IMG/VR virus record: IMGVR_UViG_3300044770_000015
From: a virus
Length of the DNA stretch: 64,000 nucleotides
Reading direction: 5' to 3' (one strand)
Shown: positions 17,575 through 24,746 of the stretch, in pieces
Layout of the letters: every line of letters begins with the position of its first letter
Numbering within the stretch: the stretch's first letter is position 1
Made by a program: the position numbers and the translations under genes
The notes under the pieces: model-generated
What the model was told of the DNA's origin: nothing
Database searches by the model: none
What the model saw: only the letters and a program-made list of their open reading frames with translations

Positions 17575-19191
17575 CTATCTCATACCTGGAAGTGATAGTT
17601 GAGTCCTGCGACCCCACGTGATGCCTTGGATGAGTCGTCCTGTATCACCTTTGACAACACCAGTATCTGCTGGGCTTGGACGACCCCATGTGGGGACGAG
17701 GATGTTGGATTGATGGAGCTCGATGAAAGCCTGGCTCACAGAGTCGATTGTATCATCGTACCGACCGTTTGGGAAGTCCTTAAGTTCGTCCTTGTGAACC
17801 TGATTCCAGACGGCCCGAAGCATGAGGATGCGGCCATGGGAAACAGCTGCGACGTAGGGCTGCGCACGGATCCACTTATTCTCACCACCTGCAGGTTTGA
17901 TGGTGACATTGTATCCACGGAGGACGTTCGTCGCGAGGTGTTCCGCATATGCTTTTCCTGAAGAGCCTGGTTCCTGCTCGATGATGATTGGTGTCCCGGG
18001 ACCATCACTTTGGGCAGTCTTGAGGAGAAGATCCTCGACTTTGGCCGGAGACAGTTTGTCTCGTTGCATGTCGTAGATACAAGTCAACGCTGTTGGTAGT
18101 CCTGGACGGCCATTAGTACCAACGAGAGAGCCCACAGTCCAGTCACCCTTCTTCTTCTTTTTCCCGTCCGTAGCTGCAATGTCCCAGGACCTGATCCAAC
18201 GGTAGAGCTGTGGGTTTTCCAGCTGGTCAACGATTCGAATCTGTTCGGGATCGGCTTTTGTGTCGCCAATGTTTTTCGGATCCTGCTGGTACATCGCGTT
18301 GAAAATAAAGTCCCCCACGACACTCTTGATCTGGAGGAGTTTGTCGATCGGGTATCTAGCAGGCCATAAAGCTTCACCGACTGCTCTGTTGAGGATGTCA
18401 TTCTCTTCGGCGATTGCTGGCATGCGGATAACTGTCCACATGTGATCCCTGTCGTTCTTGATCAACCAACCAATAAGGTCATTTAAGACCCATCGAGTCG
18501 CTAGAATGACGCAAGAACCTCCTGGCTCGAGTCGAGTATAGGCAGTTGTTCCGAACCAACTCTGGATGCCCTGCAGTACAAGGTCTGAACTGGCTTCTGC
18601 CCAGTTTTTGATGTAGTCGTCGATGACGAGCAGGTTAGCACCACGACCTGTGATGGGTCCGCCAATTCCGACCGAAGCCATGCCGCCGCCCTCGGTGGTA
18701 AGGAAGTGGTCAGTACGCTGAACGTCATCTCGGACTCGTGCATCGAGAAGTCTTGGTCCATCGGTTGCGTCATCCAGCAGGAAAGAGTCACGAACACGAC
18801 GGCCAAAACCGCTAGCAAGCTCGGCAGCATAGGTGGCCAGAATGACACTGGCCCATGGCCAATGCTCGAGGAACCAAATTGGAGTGTGGACACTAATCTC
18901 CTCCGATTTGCCGTGGCGTGGTGGGAGCTCCACTATGATCCGTGCGTCGCCCTGGCTAATTTCGTGAGCCAGGATACTTGAGAGGAATAACAAGTGCTCA
19001 GCTGGTATCCATCTACCGCTTGTACGATAGTTCGCGAGAGTGGCAGGCGTGAACTTGACAGCGTCCCGGAACTCCTTTGAGCGCGGGTCGAGGATACCTT
19101 CAACGGCTAGCTGTAAATCCGTCTGACTAAACGGAGTAGGCGGGAGCGGGAGCTCAAAGGACTCGGAGAGGCTTTTGAAGTCGTCAAGCAC
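17575..19191 (-). CDS. terL: terminase large subunit
   Basis: 538 aa. Walker-A-like ELPPRHGKSE, the VIDDYIKN motif and a C-terminal nuclease-type region. GTG start with GGAG 7 nt upstream. Confidence 0.9.
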   Translation of the reverse strand: MLDDFKSLSESFELPLPPTPFSQTDLQLAVEGILDPRSKEFRDAVKFTPATLANYRTSGRWIPAEHLLFLSSILAHEISQGDARIIVELPPRHGKSEEISVHTPIWFLEHWPWASVILATYAAELASGFGRRVRDSFLLDDATDGPRLLDARVRDDVQRTDHFLTTEGGGMASVGIGGPITGRGANLLVIDDYIKNWAEASSDLVLQGIQSWFGTTAYTRLEPGGSCVILATRWVLNDLIGWLIKNDRDHMWTVIRMPAIAEENDILNRAVGEALWPARYPIDKLLQIKSVVGDFIFNAMYQQDPKNIGDTKADPEQIRIVDQLENPQLYRWIRSWDIAATDGKKKKKGDWTVGSLVGTNGRPGLPTALTCIYDMQRDKLSPAKVEDLLLKTAQSDGPGTPIIIEQEPGSSGKAYAEHLATNVLRGYNVTIKPAGGENKWIRAQPYVAAVSHGRILMLRAVWNQVHKDELKDFPNGRYDDTIDSVSQAFIELHQSNILVPTWGRPSPADTGVVKGDTGRLIQGITWGRRTQLSLPGMR

Positions 19192-20404
19192 TATCTGCTC
19201 CAGTTCCTGCCTTTGGATCTGGTGTATTTTCCCCTGGAGCTCCCGTCAAGTCGTAAGGACCTGCGAGATCATCTCGGGTGATGAGTTCTTGCGCACGCTG
19301 GCGACTCTTGAACTGGCGACCTTGAAATTGCTCGTGCGGGTTTGGCAAACGTTGCTGCGCCGTTCTGGTAACACGAATGATCAGTTCCTGCATGTTCTTG
19401 GAAGCCTCAGGATCCTTCAAGACATCACTGAGAATCCCCTTAGTCTCGCCTGCTGGCTGTCCAGGTACACCATTCTCATAGACGTTTCCAGCTGCCTTCT
19501 GGGCGAGGCTTCGGACGATCATCTCGAAGCTGGTGTCCTCGTCACGTTCCTTCTGTGCTAAGGGACCAGCGGCTGGGAGACCAACACTGACACGCTGGAT
19601 GCCTACTAGCTTACTTAGAAGATCTGCCGCCGTCTGGGGCTTCATGTTGTCGAAGAACTTAGGCTGGCTGAAGACTTTTTCCCTCAGCTCCCGGAGGAGA
19701 CTCGAAGCCATTGTGAAGTGCTCGTCCTCTACCGACATCTGACGCTTCAGACGGAGGTGGCGGTAGGCAGCTTCCTTGTAGACGTCGTATGCCTTAGCTC
19801 TAGGACGCCAGAAGTAGAGGATGCTTGTTTCGTACAGAAAGGCGTTCAGCTGTTTTGGGGTCCACGAACCTTGTGGAAGAGGTTGTCCCTGATCCATGAT
19901 TCGGAGAAGTTCCCCGTCGGTCGAGAGTTTTGACAGTTCACGGGGCCCTTCGTGGATCGCCTCTAAGTACGTCTGGAAACTACCGAAGGCAAAGCTGGGT
20001 TCGAAGTCGAGCTTGTGCCAGAAGGGGCGGCCATCTGGGAGCGTCGGGTAACCATACTCGAAGCTCAAGTCTGTGTAGGCGTTCTTGAGGGACTGGACTT
20101 CTTCCTTCTCTGGCAGTTGTTGCAAGGGGAGGAGATCTATTCGGTAGAAGCCTACTGGGAGTCCCTCCGCTGTTGATGGGACCCTCGGTTGCGCTCTTTG
20201 GATCAGCTGGGCCCTGTAAGAGAGAACAGGACTACCATTGATTGGTTGTGAACCTTGCTGTGTGGGGACCTCTCTCTTGAGAGCAGGAGCATTCATATCC
20301 CTATTATAAATGGTTGTCAATGGGACTGTCAACAGGTTTTTGTAGGTCATTTGTGGGTCCTTGAGGTTGGTGTGTTTCCTACCAAAATTTTGCAATATGG
20401 CCAA
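19184..20404 (-). CDS. hypothetical protein, possibly small terminase by position (start uncertain)
   Basis: The ORF overlaps the TerL start by 8 nt. The track start is TTG at 20404. Alternative starts are ATG 20350 (AAGGA upstream) and ATG 20296 (see promoter 20303-20332). Confidence 0.55.
   Translation of the reverse strand: MAILQNFGRKHTNLKDPQMTYKNLLTVPLTTIYNRDMNAPALKREVPTQQGSQPINGSPVLSYRAQLIQRAQPRVPSTAEGLPVGFYRIDLLPLQQLPEKEEVQSLKNAYTDLSFEYGYPTLPDGRPFWHKLDFEPSFAFGSFQTYLEAIHEGPRELSKLSTDGELLRIMDQGQPLPQGSWTPKQLNAFLYETSILYFWRPRAKAYDVYKEAAYRHLRLKRQMSVEDEHFTMASSLLRELREKVFSQPKFFDNMKPQTAADLLSKLVGIQRVSVGLPAAGPLAQKERDEDTSFEMIVRSLAQKAAGNVYENGVPGQPAGETKGILSDVLKDPEASKNMQELIIRVTRTAQQRLPNPHEQFQGRQFKSRQRAQELITRDDLAGPYDLTGAPGENTPDPKAGTGADSA
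20303..20332 (-). promoter_or_regulatory. sigma70-type promoter, class II (late operon); consensus TTGACA-18-TATAAT
   Basis: Minus strand reads TTGACAGTCCCATTGACAACCATTTATAATAGGGATATG. Both hexamers are perfect. An ATG (20296) begins exactly 7 nt after the -10 hexamer. Confidence 0.5.
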
Positions 20405-20488
20405 AAGGTTGCAGGATTTTGGTTACGTTTGTTAAGCCCCTGTCGGTTTACTCATACATACAACGACTCTGTCGATACGAAATATTTC

Positions 20489-20518
20489 CTTACCATCCTA
20501 TTAGGATGGATATATAAT
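20489..20518 (+). promoter_or_regulatory. putative promoter for the first plus-strand cassette
   Basis: TATAAT at 20513-20518 within ggatatataatataag. The -35 region (cCTTACCATcc) is weak but related to the class I ACCAT spacer. Confidence 0.35.
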
Positions 20519-20581
20519 ATAAGTATAGTAGGTAGGTAGGAATAGTTCCTATCTATTGTTACTATTAGTAGGAGATACTAA

Positions 20582-20785
20582 ATGAAACCGGTTACTGTTA
20601 CTGAGAAAGAAGTCGAGTCGGTTTTCGACTCAGCTAAGTACATCGCTGAAGTCGGAACGAAATCAGCTGCGATTCGTAAGCTGACTTCGGAAGGTAAGAC
20701 GAGATCGGAAGTCGCGAAGTTACTGAACATTCGCTACCAACACGTCAGGAACGTCCTGATCACTCCGATCAAGAAAGCGAAGTAA
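20582..20785 (+). CDS. small HTH DNA-binding protein, paralog 1
   Basis: 67 aa. KSAAIRKLTSEGKTRSEVAKLLNIRYQHVRNVLITPIKK aligns with 22370..22744 (KSNAIRGL...ISKHLGIIYQHARNVLLRPLK). AGGAG lies before the ATG. Confidence 0.8.
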   Translation: MKPVTVTEKEVESVFDSAKYIAEVGTKSAAIRKLTSEGKTRSEVAKLLNIRYQHVRNVLITPIKKAK

Positions 20786-20795
20786 GTCAGGAATA

Positions 20796-20823
20796 GGATA
20801 AGGATCCGAAAGGATCCTTATCC
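20796..20823 (+). terminator. 12-bp perfect hairpin after HTH paralog 1 (terminator/attenuator)
   Basis: ggataaggatcc-gaaa-ggatccttatcc, followed by a gtcttgtct tract that is only moderately T-rich. Confidence 0.45.
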
Positions 20824-20847
20824 GTCTTGTCTCGATAAGGAGGTCGT

Positions 20848-20943
20848 ATGACCTTAGTAATGGTAGCGGTAGTAGTAACTAGTCTCGTTCTCTACCTCGG
20901 AGCGGTACGTCCTCTACTCAGACGTCTGAGAGTCCTGGACTAG
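20848..20943 (+). CDS. 31-aa hydrophobic micro-protein
   Basis: Below the ORF track's size cutoff. AAGGAGG lies 4 nt before the ATG. My translation is MTLVMVAVVVTSLVLYLGAVRPLLRRLRVLD. A terminator follows directly. Confidence 0.5.
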   Translation: MTLVMVAVVVTSLVLYLGAVRPLLRRLRVLD

Positions 20944-20948
20944 ACGAG

Positions 20949-20976
20949 AGGACCTCTAGACGAGGTCCTTTCTCTT
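20949..20976 (+). terminator. rho-independent terminator
   Basis: aggacctc-tagac-gaggtcct, followed by ttctctt. Confidence 0.6.
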
Positions 20977-21158
20977 ACCTCATGGGGACTAGTCACATAC
21001 CTATGGACCGGGCCTATAGGGACTATAGACCTAGCCCGGTCGAGGACCTGTCCGAATGACCCTGAAAGTAGATTGAATGACAAAGCCAGACCGGTCCGTC
21101 ATTTGCCTATGCGCTAGTCCGTACGCCGACGTCCCTGTTAAATCATATAGTCGGACTC

Positions 21159-21188
21159 TTGAGACCATCTCGTGGACCAGCGTATAAT
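21159..21188 (+). promoter_or_regulatory. class I promoter (plus-strand copy)
   Basis: TTGAGA-18 nt-TATAAT. The upstream box AAATCATATAGTCG and the downstream ATATATGTAC are shared with the copy at 22263-22292. Confidence 0.6.
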
Positions 21189-21238
21189 ATATATGTACCA
21201 TAAATATAGTGGTACGGTTTTAACAACTAGGAGGTATC

Positions 21239-21433
21239 ATGAAAGGTAAGATCATGATAGGTAAGATAGGTGACAAGACCTTAAACATGGAGGTCGAAGA
21301 ACACCTAGTCGTAGAACACGTAGAACGTGACAATAAGAAGTACGTCTCGGTCTATTTCGGAAAGGGTGGTAAGCGGTCGAACTGGTATCTGATATTGAAC
21401 CAGGACGCGATCGACCAGATCAAAAAGATCTGA
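21239..21433 (+). CDS. hypothetical protein
   Basis: 64-aa ORF with AGGAGGT before the ATG. Confidence 0.6.
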   Translation: MKGKIMIGKIGDKTLNMEVEEHLVVEHVERDNKKYVSVYFGKGGKRSNWYLILNQDAIDQIKKI

Positions 21434-21445
21434 CAAGGAGATGAC

Positions 21446-21628
21446 ATGAGAACAATTCCGAGAAAGACTAAAGCCGTGACGCACGTCAAAGTCATGAAAG
21501 CCCTGGAGGAATATTGGCGGGCTGCCGAGGAACACGAAGATGACGATGTCATTCGTGACACATCGGTCGAAGGTCGGCTCAATGACTTTGCGATGTGGTT
21601 ATACCAGACCAGATTCAAGTCTGTCTAA
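21446..21628 (+). CDS. hypothetical protein
   Basis: 60-aa ORF with AAGGAG before the ATG. Confidence 0.55.
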   Translation: MRTIPRKTKAVTHVKVMKALEEYWRAAEEHEDDDVIRDTSVEGRLNDFAMWLYQTRFKSV

Positions 21629-21639
21629 CCGGAAGACAA

Positions 21640-21798
21640 ATGACCAAATACGTCATACACATCACACTCTGGCAGGTTAAAGACGGGGATTTCGACCTGC
21701 TCGAAGAAGAGGAGGTCAAGGGACTCGAAGATGAATACGAGTCCGAGACCGCTGCCAGGGAGGCTTTCAACACAGTCTCCAAATACGCACAGGTCTAA
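21640..21798 (+). CDS. hypothetical acidic protein
   Basis: I place the start at ATG 21640 (MTKYVIHITLWQVKDGDFDLLEEEEV...), which avoids overlap with the previous ORF. Confidence 0.5.
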   Translation: MTKYVIHITLWQVKDGDFDLLEEEEVKGLEDEYESETAAREAFNTVSKYAQV

Positions 21799-21857
21799 GG
21801 AGGTCACATGACAAAGACACAGTACACATTCACGATCGACAAATAACCAGAGCTGAC

Positions 21858-22109
21858 ATGAAACCACATAACCTGTTTACAGTTTGGTCCCCGGACTCCG
21901 TCGCCGAGTGCCTCGAAGGGGTTTCGCCCGAGCTTTATCGTCGGCTCTGGCAGCTGGCCGAAGAGCTACCTGCGGACACATCCGAAGTCCCGGACAACTT
22001 CGAAGTTCGGTGCCTCGCCAAGGTTTGGGACAAGCTGACGCCCGAAGAACAGTCCAAGCTCAACGAACTGGCCAAGAAGAACTATGGTAATACCCATAGG
22101 TTCGATTAG
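21858..22109 (+). CDS. hypothetical protein
   Basis: 83-aa ORF followed by a terminator. Confidence 0.55.
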   Translation: MKPHNLFTVWSPDSVAECLEGVSPELYRRLWQLAEELPADTSEVPDNFEVRCLAKVWDKLTPEEQSKLNELAKKNYGNTHRFD

Positions 22110-22116
22110 TACCCCG

Positions 22117-22142
22117 GAACCGTCGCAAGACGGTTTCTTTTG
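22117..22142 (+). terminator. rho-independent terminator
   Basis: aaccgtc-gcaa-gacggtt, followed by tctttt. Confidence 0.65.
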
Positions 22143-22262
22143 GACCCAAGGACCGGGGACTAGTCCGAATCGCGACATCAGCGCTTTGAATGCCCAGTCC
22201 TCAGGCAGTCCTTATGGCTAGCCCTAGCAAGGGCGTACCAGTAAAATCATATAGTCGCCCTC

Positions 22263-22292
22263 TTGCTACCATATGAGGGACTACTATATAAT
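22263..22292 (+). promoter_or_regulatory. class I promoter (plus-strand copy)
   Basis: TTGCTA-18 nt-TATAAT, with upstream AAATCATATAGTCG and downstream ATAGGTGTAC. Confidence 0.6.
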
Positions 22293-22369
22293 ATAGGTGT
22301 ACGCTCGAGAGAGGGTACAGTAGAGGCTCAGAGGCCTCGACTAACGTTCTTTAACAACCGGAGCATACC

Positions 22370-22744
22370 ATGGCGAAAGCCAAACCGCAAGTGCAACACG
22401 CGCCCGCGCAATCCGTGCCCGCGCAAACGACCCCGATCGTCGCCGAAGCGAAACCCGCGCAAGCGGTCGAACTGAAGACGATGGACGGTGTGACGGCCGA
22501 GAACTTTACGACCTTCACCAAGGAGCAGCTGATCACGGGTTACGGCAACAAGAGCAATGCGATCCGTGGTCTCGCGGCCTTGGGTCTCAAGCCGGGGCCC
22601 ATCTCGAAGCACCTGGGCATCATCTACCAGCACGCGAGGAACGTCCTCTTGCGTCCGCTGAAACGGGTGATCAAGGAAGAGCGGGCAGCCGCAGCAACAG
22701 CAGCGCAGGCCGCACCGGCCGGAGAACAGCCCGCCGGCAAGTAG
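22370..22744 (+). CDS. small HTH DNA-binding protein, paralog 2, with A/P/Q-rich N-terminal tail
   Basis: 124 aa. The core aligns with paralog 1. The tails are AKAKPQVQHAPAQSVPAQTTPIVAEAKPAQA and AAAATAAQAAPAGEQPAGK. GGAG lies before the ATG. Confidence 0.8.
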   Translation: MAKAKPQVQHAPAQSVPAQTTPIVAEAKPAQAVELKTMDGVTAENFTTFTKEQLITGYGNKSNAIRGLAALGLKPGPISKHLGIIYQHARNVLLRPLKRVIKEERAAAATAAQAAPAGEQPAGK

Positions 22745-22749
22745 TACCC

Positions 22750-22827
22750 ATGAAAGCCCTGATCTATGGGGTAGTCCTGGGTTTGACCCTAGTGGTTCTG
22801 ATCATCTGGATCGCTAGGCATCTGTGA
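22750..22827 (+). CDS. 25-aa hydrophobic micro-protein
   Basis: Below the ORF track's size cutoff. My translation is MKALIYGVVLGLTLVVLIIWIARHL. No clear SD, though it starts 6 nt after the upstream stop. Confidence 0.35.
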   Translation: MKALIYGVVLGLTLVVLIIWIARHL

Positions 22828-22874
22828 AGTACGGGGGCGATCGAAAGGTCGCTTCCGAACCGGAGAACCAGAGC

Positions 22875-23072
22875 ATGAAACGTCAATTCAGTGTCGTGAT
22901 GCGTCCCGACCGTACAACGCCGGGAACCTATCTCTACGCCGTCCCTGGCGATAAGAGGCCGTCGGCCGAGGTCAAGAACATCTACATCGGCAAGACCGCG
23001 TTCGCGGACATGCAAGCTCCCCCGGGCGAGATCATCGTTCGGGTCGAGTTCGACGACGGGAAGACGAAGTAG
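22875..23072 (+). CDS. hypothetical protein
   Basis: ATG 22875 (MKRQFSVVMRPD...) is preceded by GGAGAA. The track's alternative start is GTG 22824. Confidence 0.55.
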   Translation: MKRQFSVVMRPDRTTPGTYLYAVPGDKRPSAEVKNIYIGKTAFADMQAPPGEIIVRVEFDDGKTK

Positions 23073-23080
23073 TACAGGAG

Positions 23081-23109
23081 CCGCCCGAAGGTTGGGCGGT
23101 TTCTTTTTG
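23081..23109 (+). terminator. rho-independent terminator closing the plus-strand module
   Basis: ccgccc-gaaggtt-gggcgg, followed by tttcttttt. Confidence 0.8.
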
Positions 23110-23227
23110 TCGGTTGAGGGACATGTCAGTCTATAACGGTCCCGTGGACCAGTCTTAGTCTAGCCCTTGCGCCGGCTTTCTCGTAACTGTTCTTTGGCCA
23201 AATCGAGGGAGGCGGACCGAACTTTAC

Positions 23228-23513
23228 GAAGTAACGAAGTACTGCAGTCCCGAAGTTGTAACTTGTTGATTTCTAAGGGCTTTAGTAGTTCAGTAGTTAC
23301 AGTTCCTAGTTACTCTTAGTGTTCTATAGGTGGGAGACACATTGGGAAGATACAATTCCTGTATACCTACCCTGCCCAATACATTTATTGTATATAGGTT
23401 CACCCTTCCCCAACTTGTAACCACTTGATAGATTAGGAACTGTAAGTAGCGAACTACTTTCCCCTTAAAAATCAACTAGTTAGAACTGAGGGAACTCCCT
23501 ACTTCGTTACTTC
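23228..23513. repeat. long imperfect inverted repeat (about 83-bp arms, 123-bp spacer) in a non-coding region
   Basis: Arms are 23228-23310 and 23432-23513. The outer 14 bp, GAAGTAACGAAGTA, are perfect. The inner 25 bp (AGTAGTTCAGTAGTTACAGTTCCTA vs complement) match 22/25. Hand alignment gives roughly 75% identity overall. Confidence 0.8.
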
Positions 23514-23591
23514 CTAAGTATGGTCGTCTACTCCGTAAGTTGATAGAGGGTCATAAAGAACTTGTATCGCCGAACGAGTACGAGCAGTAAC

Positions 23592-23996
23592 CTAGTAGGA
23601 CACATGACTCATCCGAATCAACATCCGACCAGTATACTCGCCAGCTTCTTCGACGGCGGTAAAGCCTCGGCGGAGGAGCTCGGCAACGAGCAGCTCGAGC
23701 GCCCGAGGCAAGTCGCGATCGATGTAGTCCGAAGTCTGGAAGATTAGGTAAGGCCTCAAAAACGAAGGGGCGGGCTGATCCGTAAACGGTTTCCGTCCTT
23801 CCATGTTGGGCAATGCAACCAGAATTCGGTTGCCTCGGAAGACCTGGTGATAGGGCGATTTGACCTCTCGCACCTTGTAGATACAAGGACCAGCCCATCT
23901 GATGCGAAGGTTCTTAGCCCTAGGTGTGAAGAGGCGCAACTTGACGTGCACCTCCAAGGGCTTTGGTTGGTGAAGTGTTGGTTGTTCTTGGTTCAC
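23592..23996 (-). CDS. hypothetical protein (last gene of the leftward early region)
   Basis: 134-aa ORF. Its GTG start overlaps the upstream stop as GTGA. Confidence 0.6.
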   Translation of the reverse strand: MNQEQPTLHQPKPLEVHVKLRLFTPRAKNLRIRWAGPCIYKVREVKSPYHQVFRGNRILVALPNMEGRKPFTDQPAPSFLRPYLIFQTSDYIDRDLPRALELLVAELLRRGFTAVEEAGEYTGRMLIRMSHVSY

Positions 23997-24268
23997 TGTT
24001 CCTCCCTGTGTTCTGGTCTGGCAGAGAAACCACCGAGGAGCCCTTGACTGATCTCGTGAACCCTCAGTTCGGCCTTAGGGTCGTTATGCCGGATGTGCGA
24101 GGGGTCAATCCGCAACTTGGCGAGGATCATCGTTCCACATTCCGGACAATAGGTCGGTAACCGAGGATTGACCCAGCAGAGAAGGTGGTTACAACAAGGT
24201 GTACAGATCAACCTGAAGTGACACTGCTCGTGAGTGTAAAGACCCTCACCGATACGTTGCCTGGACAT
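23993..24268 (-). CDS. zinc-ribbon protein
   Basis: 91 aa with CTPCC...CPEC cysteine pairs. GGAGAA lies before the ATG. First gene after promoter 24312-24344. Confidence 0.65.
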   Translation of the reverse strand: MSRQRIGEGLYTHEQCHFRLICTPCCNHLLCWVNPRLPTYCPECGTMILAKLRIDPSHIRHNDPKAELRVHEISQGLLGGFSARPEHREEQ

Positions 24269-24311
24269 ATGGTTCTCCGGTTATGCAGACAGCAACATGC
24301 TATCTACACCT

Positions 24312-24344
24312 CTATTATATAGCAACCATAGAGGGTCAAGCAAG
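24312..24344 (-). promoter_or_regulatory. class I promoter
   Basis: Minus strand: CTTGC-TTGACCCTCTATGGTT-GCTATATAATAG, then AGGTGTA. Confidence 0.65.
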
Positions 24345-24364
24345 ATGCCAACCACTAAATTCTT

Positions 24365-24547
24365 TTACCTGCCATCGATCAGACCATTTCGGACCCTCCA
24401 TAGGACAAAGACCATAGCCCAATGGGTCATACCCATGACGAAAGCTGTTATCACTCCACTCTCTTCACCCGTATAGACCGCACCACAGTTCATGCCGAAG
24501 GCAAGAGCATTGAGTTGGATCAGTGCAGTCAGGATAATTCGCTTCAT
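24365..24547 (-). CDS. small membrane protein
   Basis: 60-aa ORF with two hydrophobic segments. Confidence 0.5.
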   Translation of the reverse strand: MKRIILTALIQLNALAFGMNCGAVYTGEESGVITAFVMGMTHWAMVFVLWRVRNGLIDGR

Positions 24548-24555
24548 GACCGCTA

Positions 24556-24741
24556 CTAATAGGGGACATACGAGATAACCCGCCTGAGACCGAGTTTCCG
24601 GAGAGTCTCAGGAGAAGGATTGGTCTTCTCGCCAGAACGAAGTCGGTGGAGATACGCCCAATCGAGTCCAACATCACGAGCAGCAGCCCTAAGGCTACCA
24701 TGTTGCTCCACCAACTGACCAATCCGCTCAGAGAGGGTCAT
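24556..24741 (-). CDS. XRE/Cro-type HTH protein
   Basis: I place the start at ATG 24741. MTLSERIGQLVEQHGSLRAAARDVGLDWAYLHRLRSGEKTNPSPETLRKLG is a typical HTH_XRE pattern. Confidence 0.65.
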   Translation of the reverse strand: MTLSERIGQLVEQHGSLRAAARDVGLDWAYLHRLRSGEKTNPSPETLRKLGLRRVISYVPY

Positions 24742-24746
24742 TAGGG

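Noticed and set aside
20405-23109. The plus-strand module as a lysogeny/immunity region.
   Set aside because: No integrase, CI-like repressor with a peptidase domain, excisionase or attP-like feature was seen. The module consists of small HTH and unknown ORFs only. The phage looks virulent on the evidence in this window.
23290-23475. 61-aa minus-strand ORF inside the inverted-repeat region.
   Set aside because: No SD, odd composition, and it spans the repeat arms. More likely non-coding.
23228-23513. The inverted repeat as a hairpin-telomere resolution site, an invertible segment, or a MITE.
   Set aside because: No protelomerase, invertase/recombinase or transposase gene is present in the window. 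I could find no convincing target-site duplication at the arm ends. An origin, operator or packaging role seems more plausible, but all remain untested.
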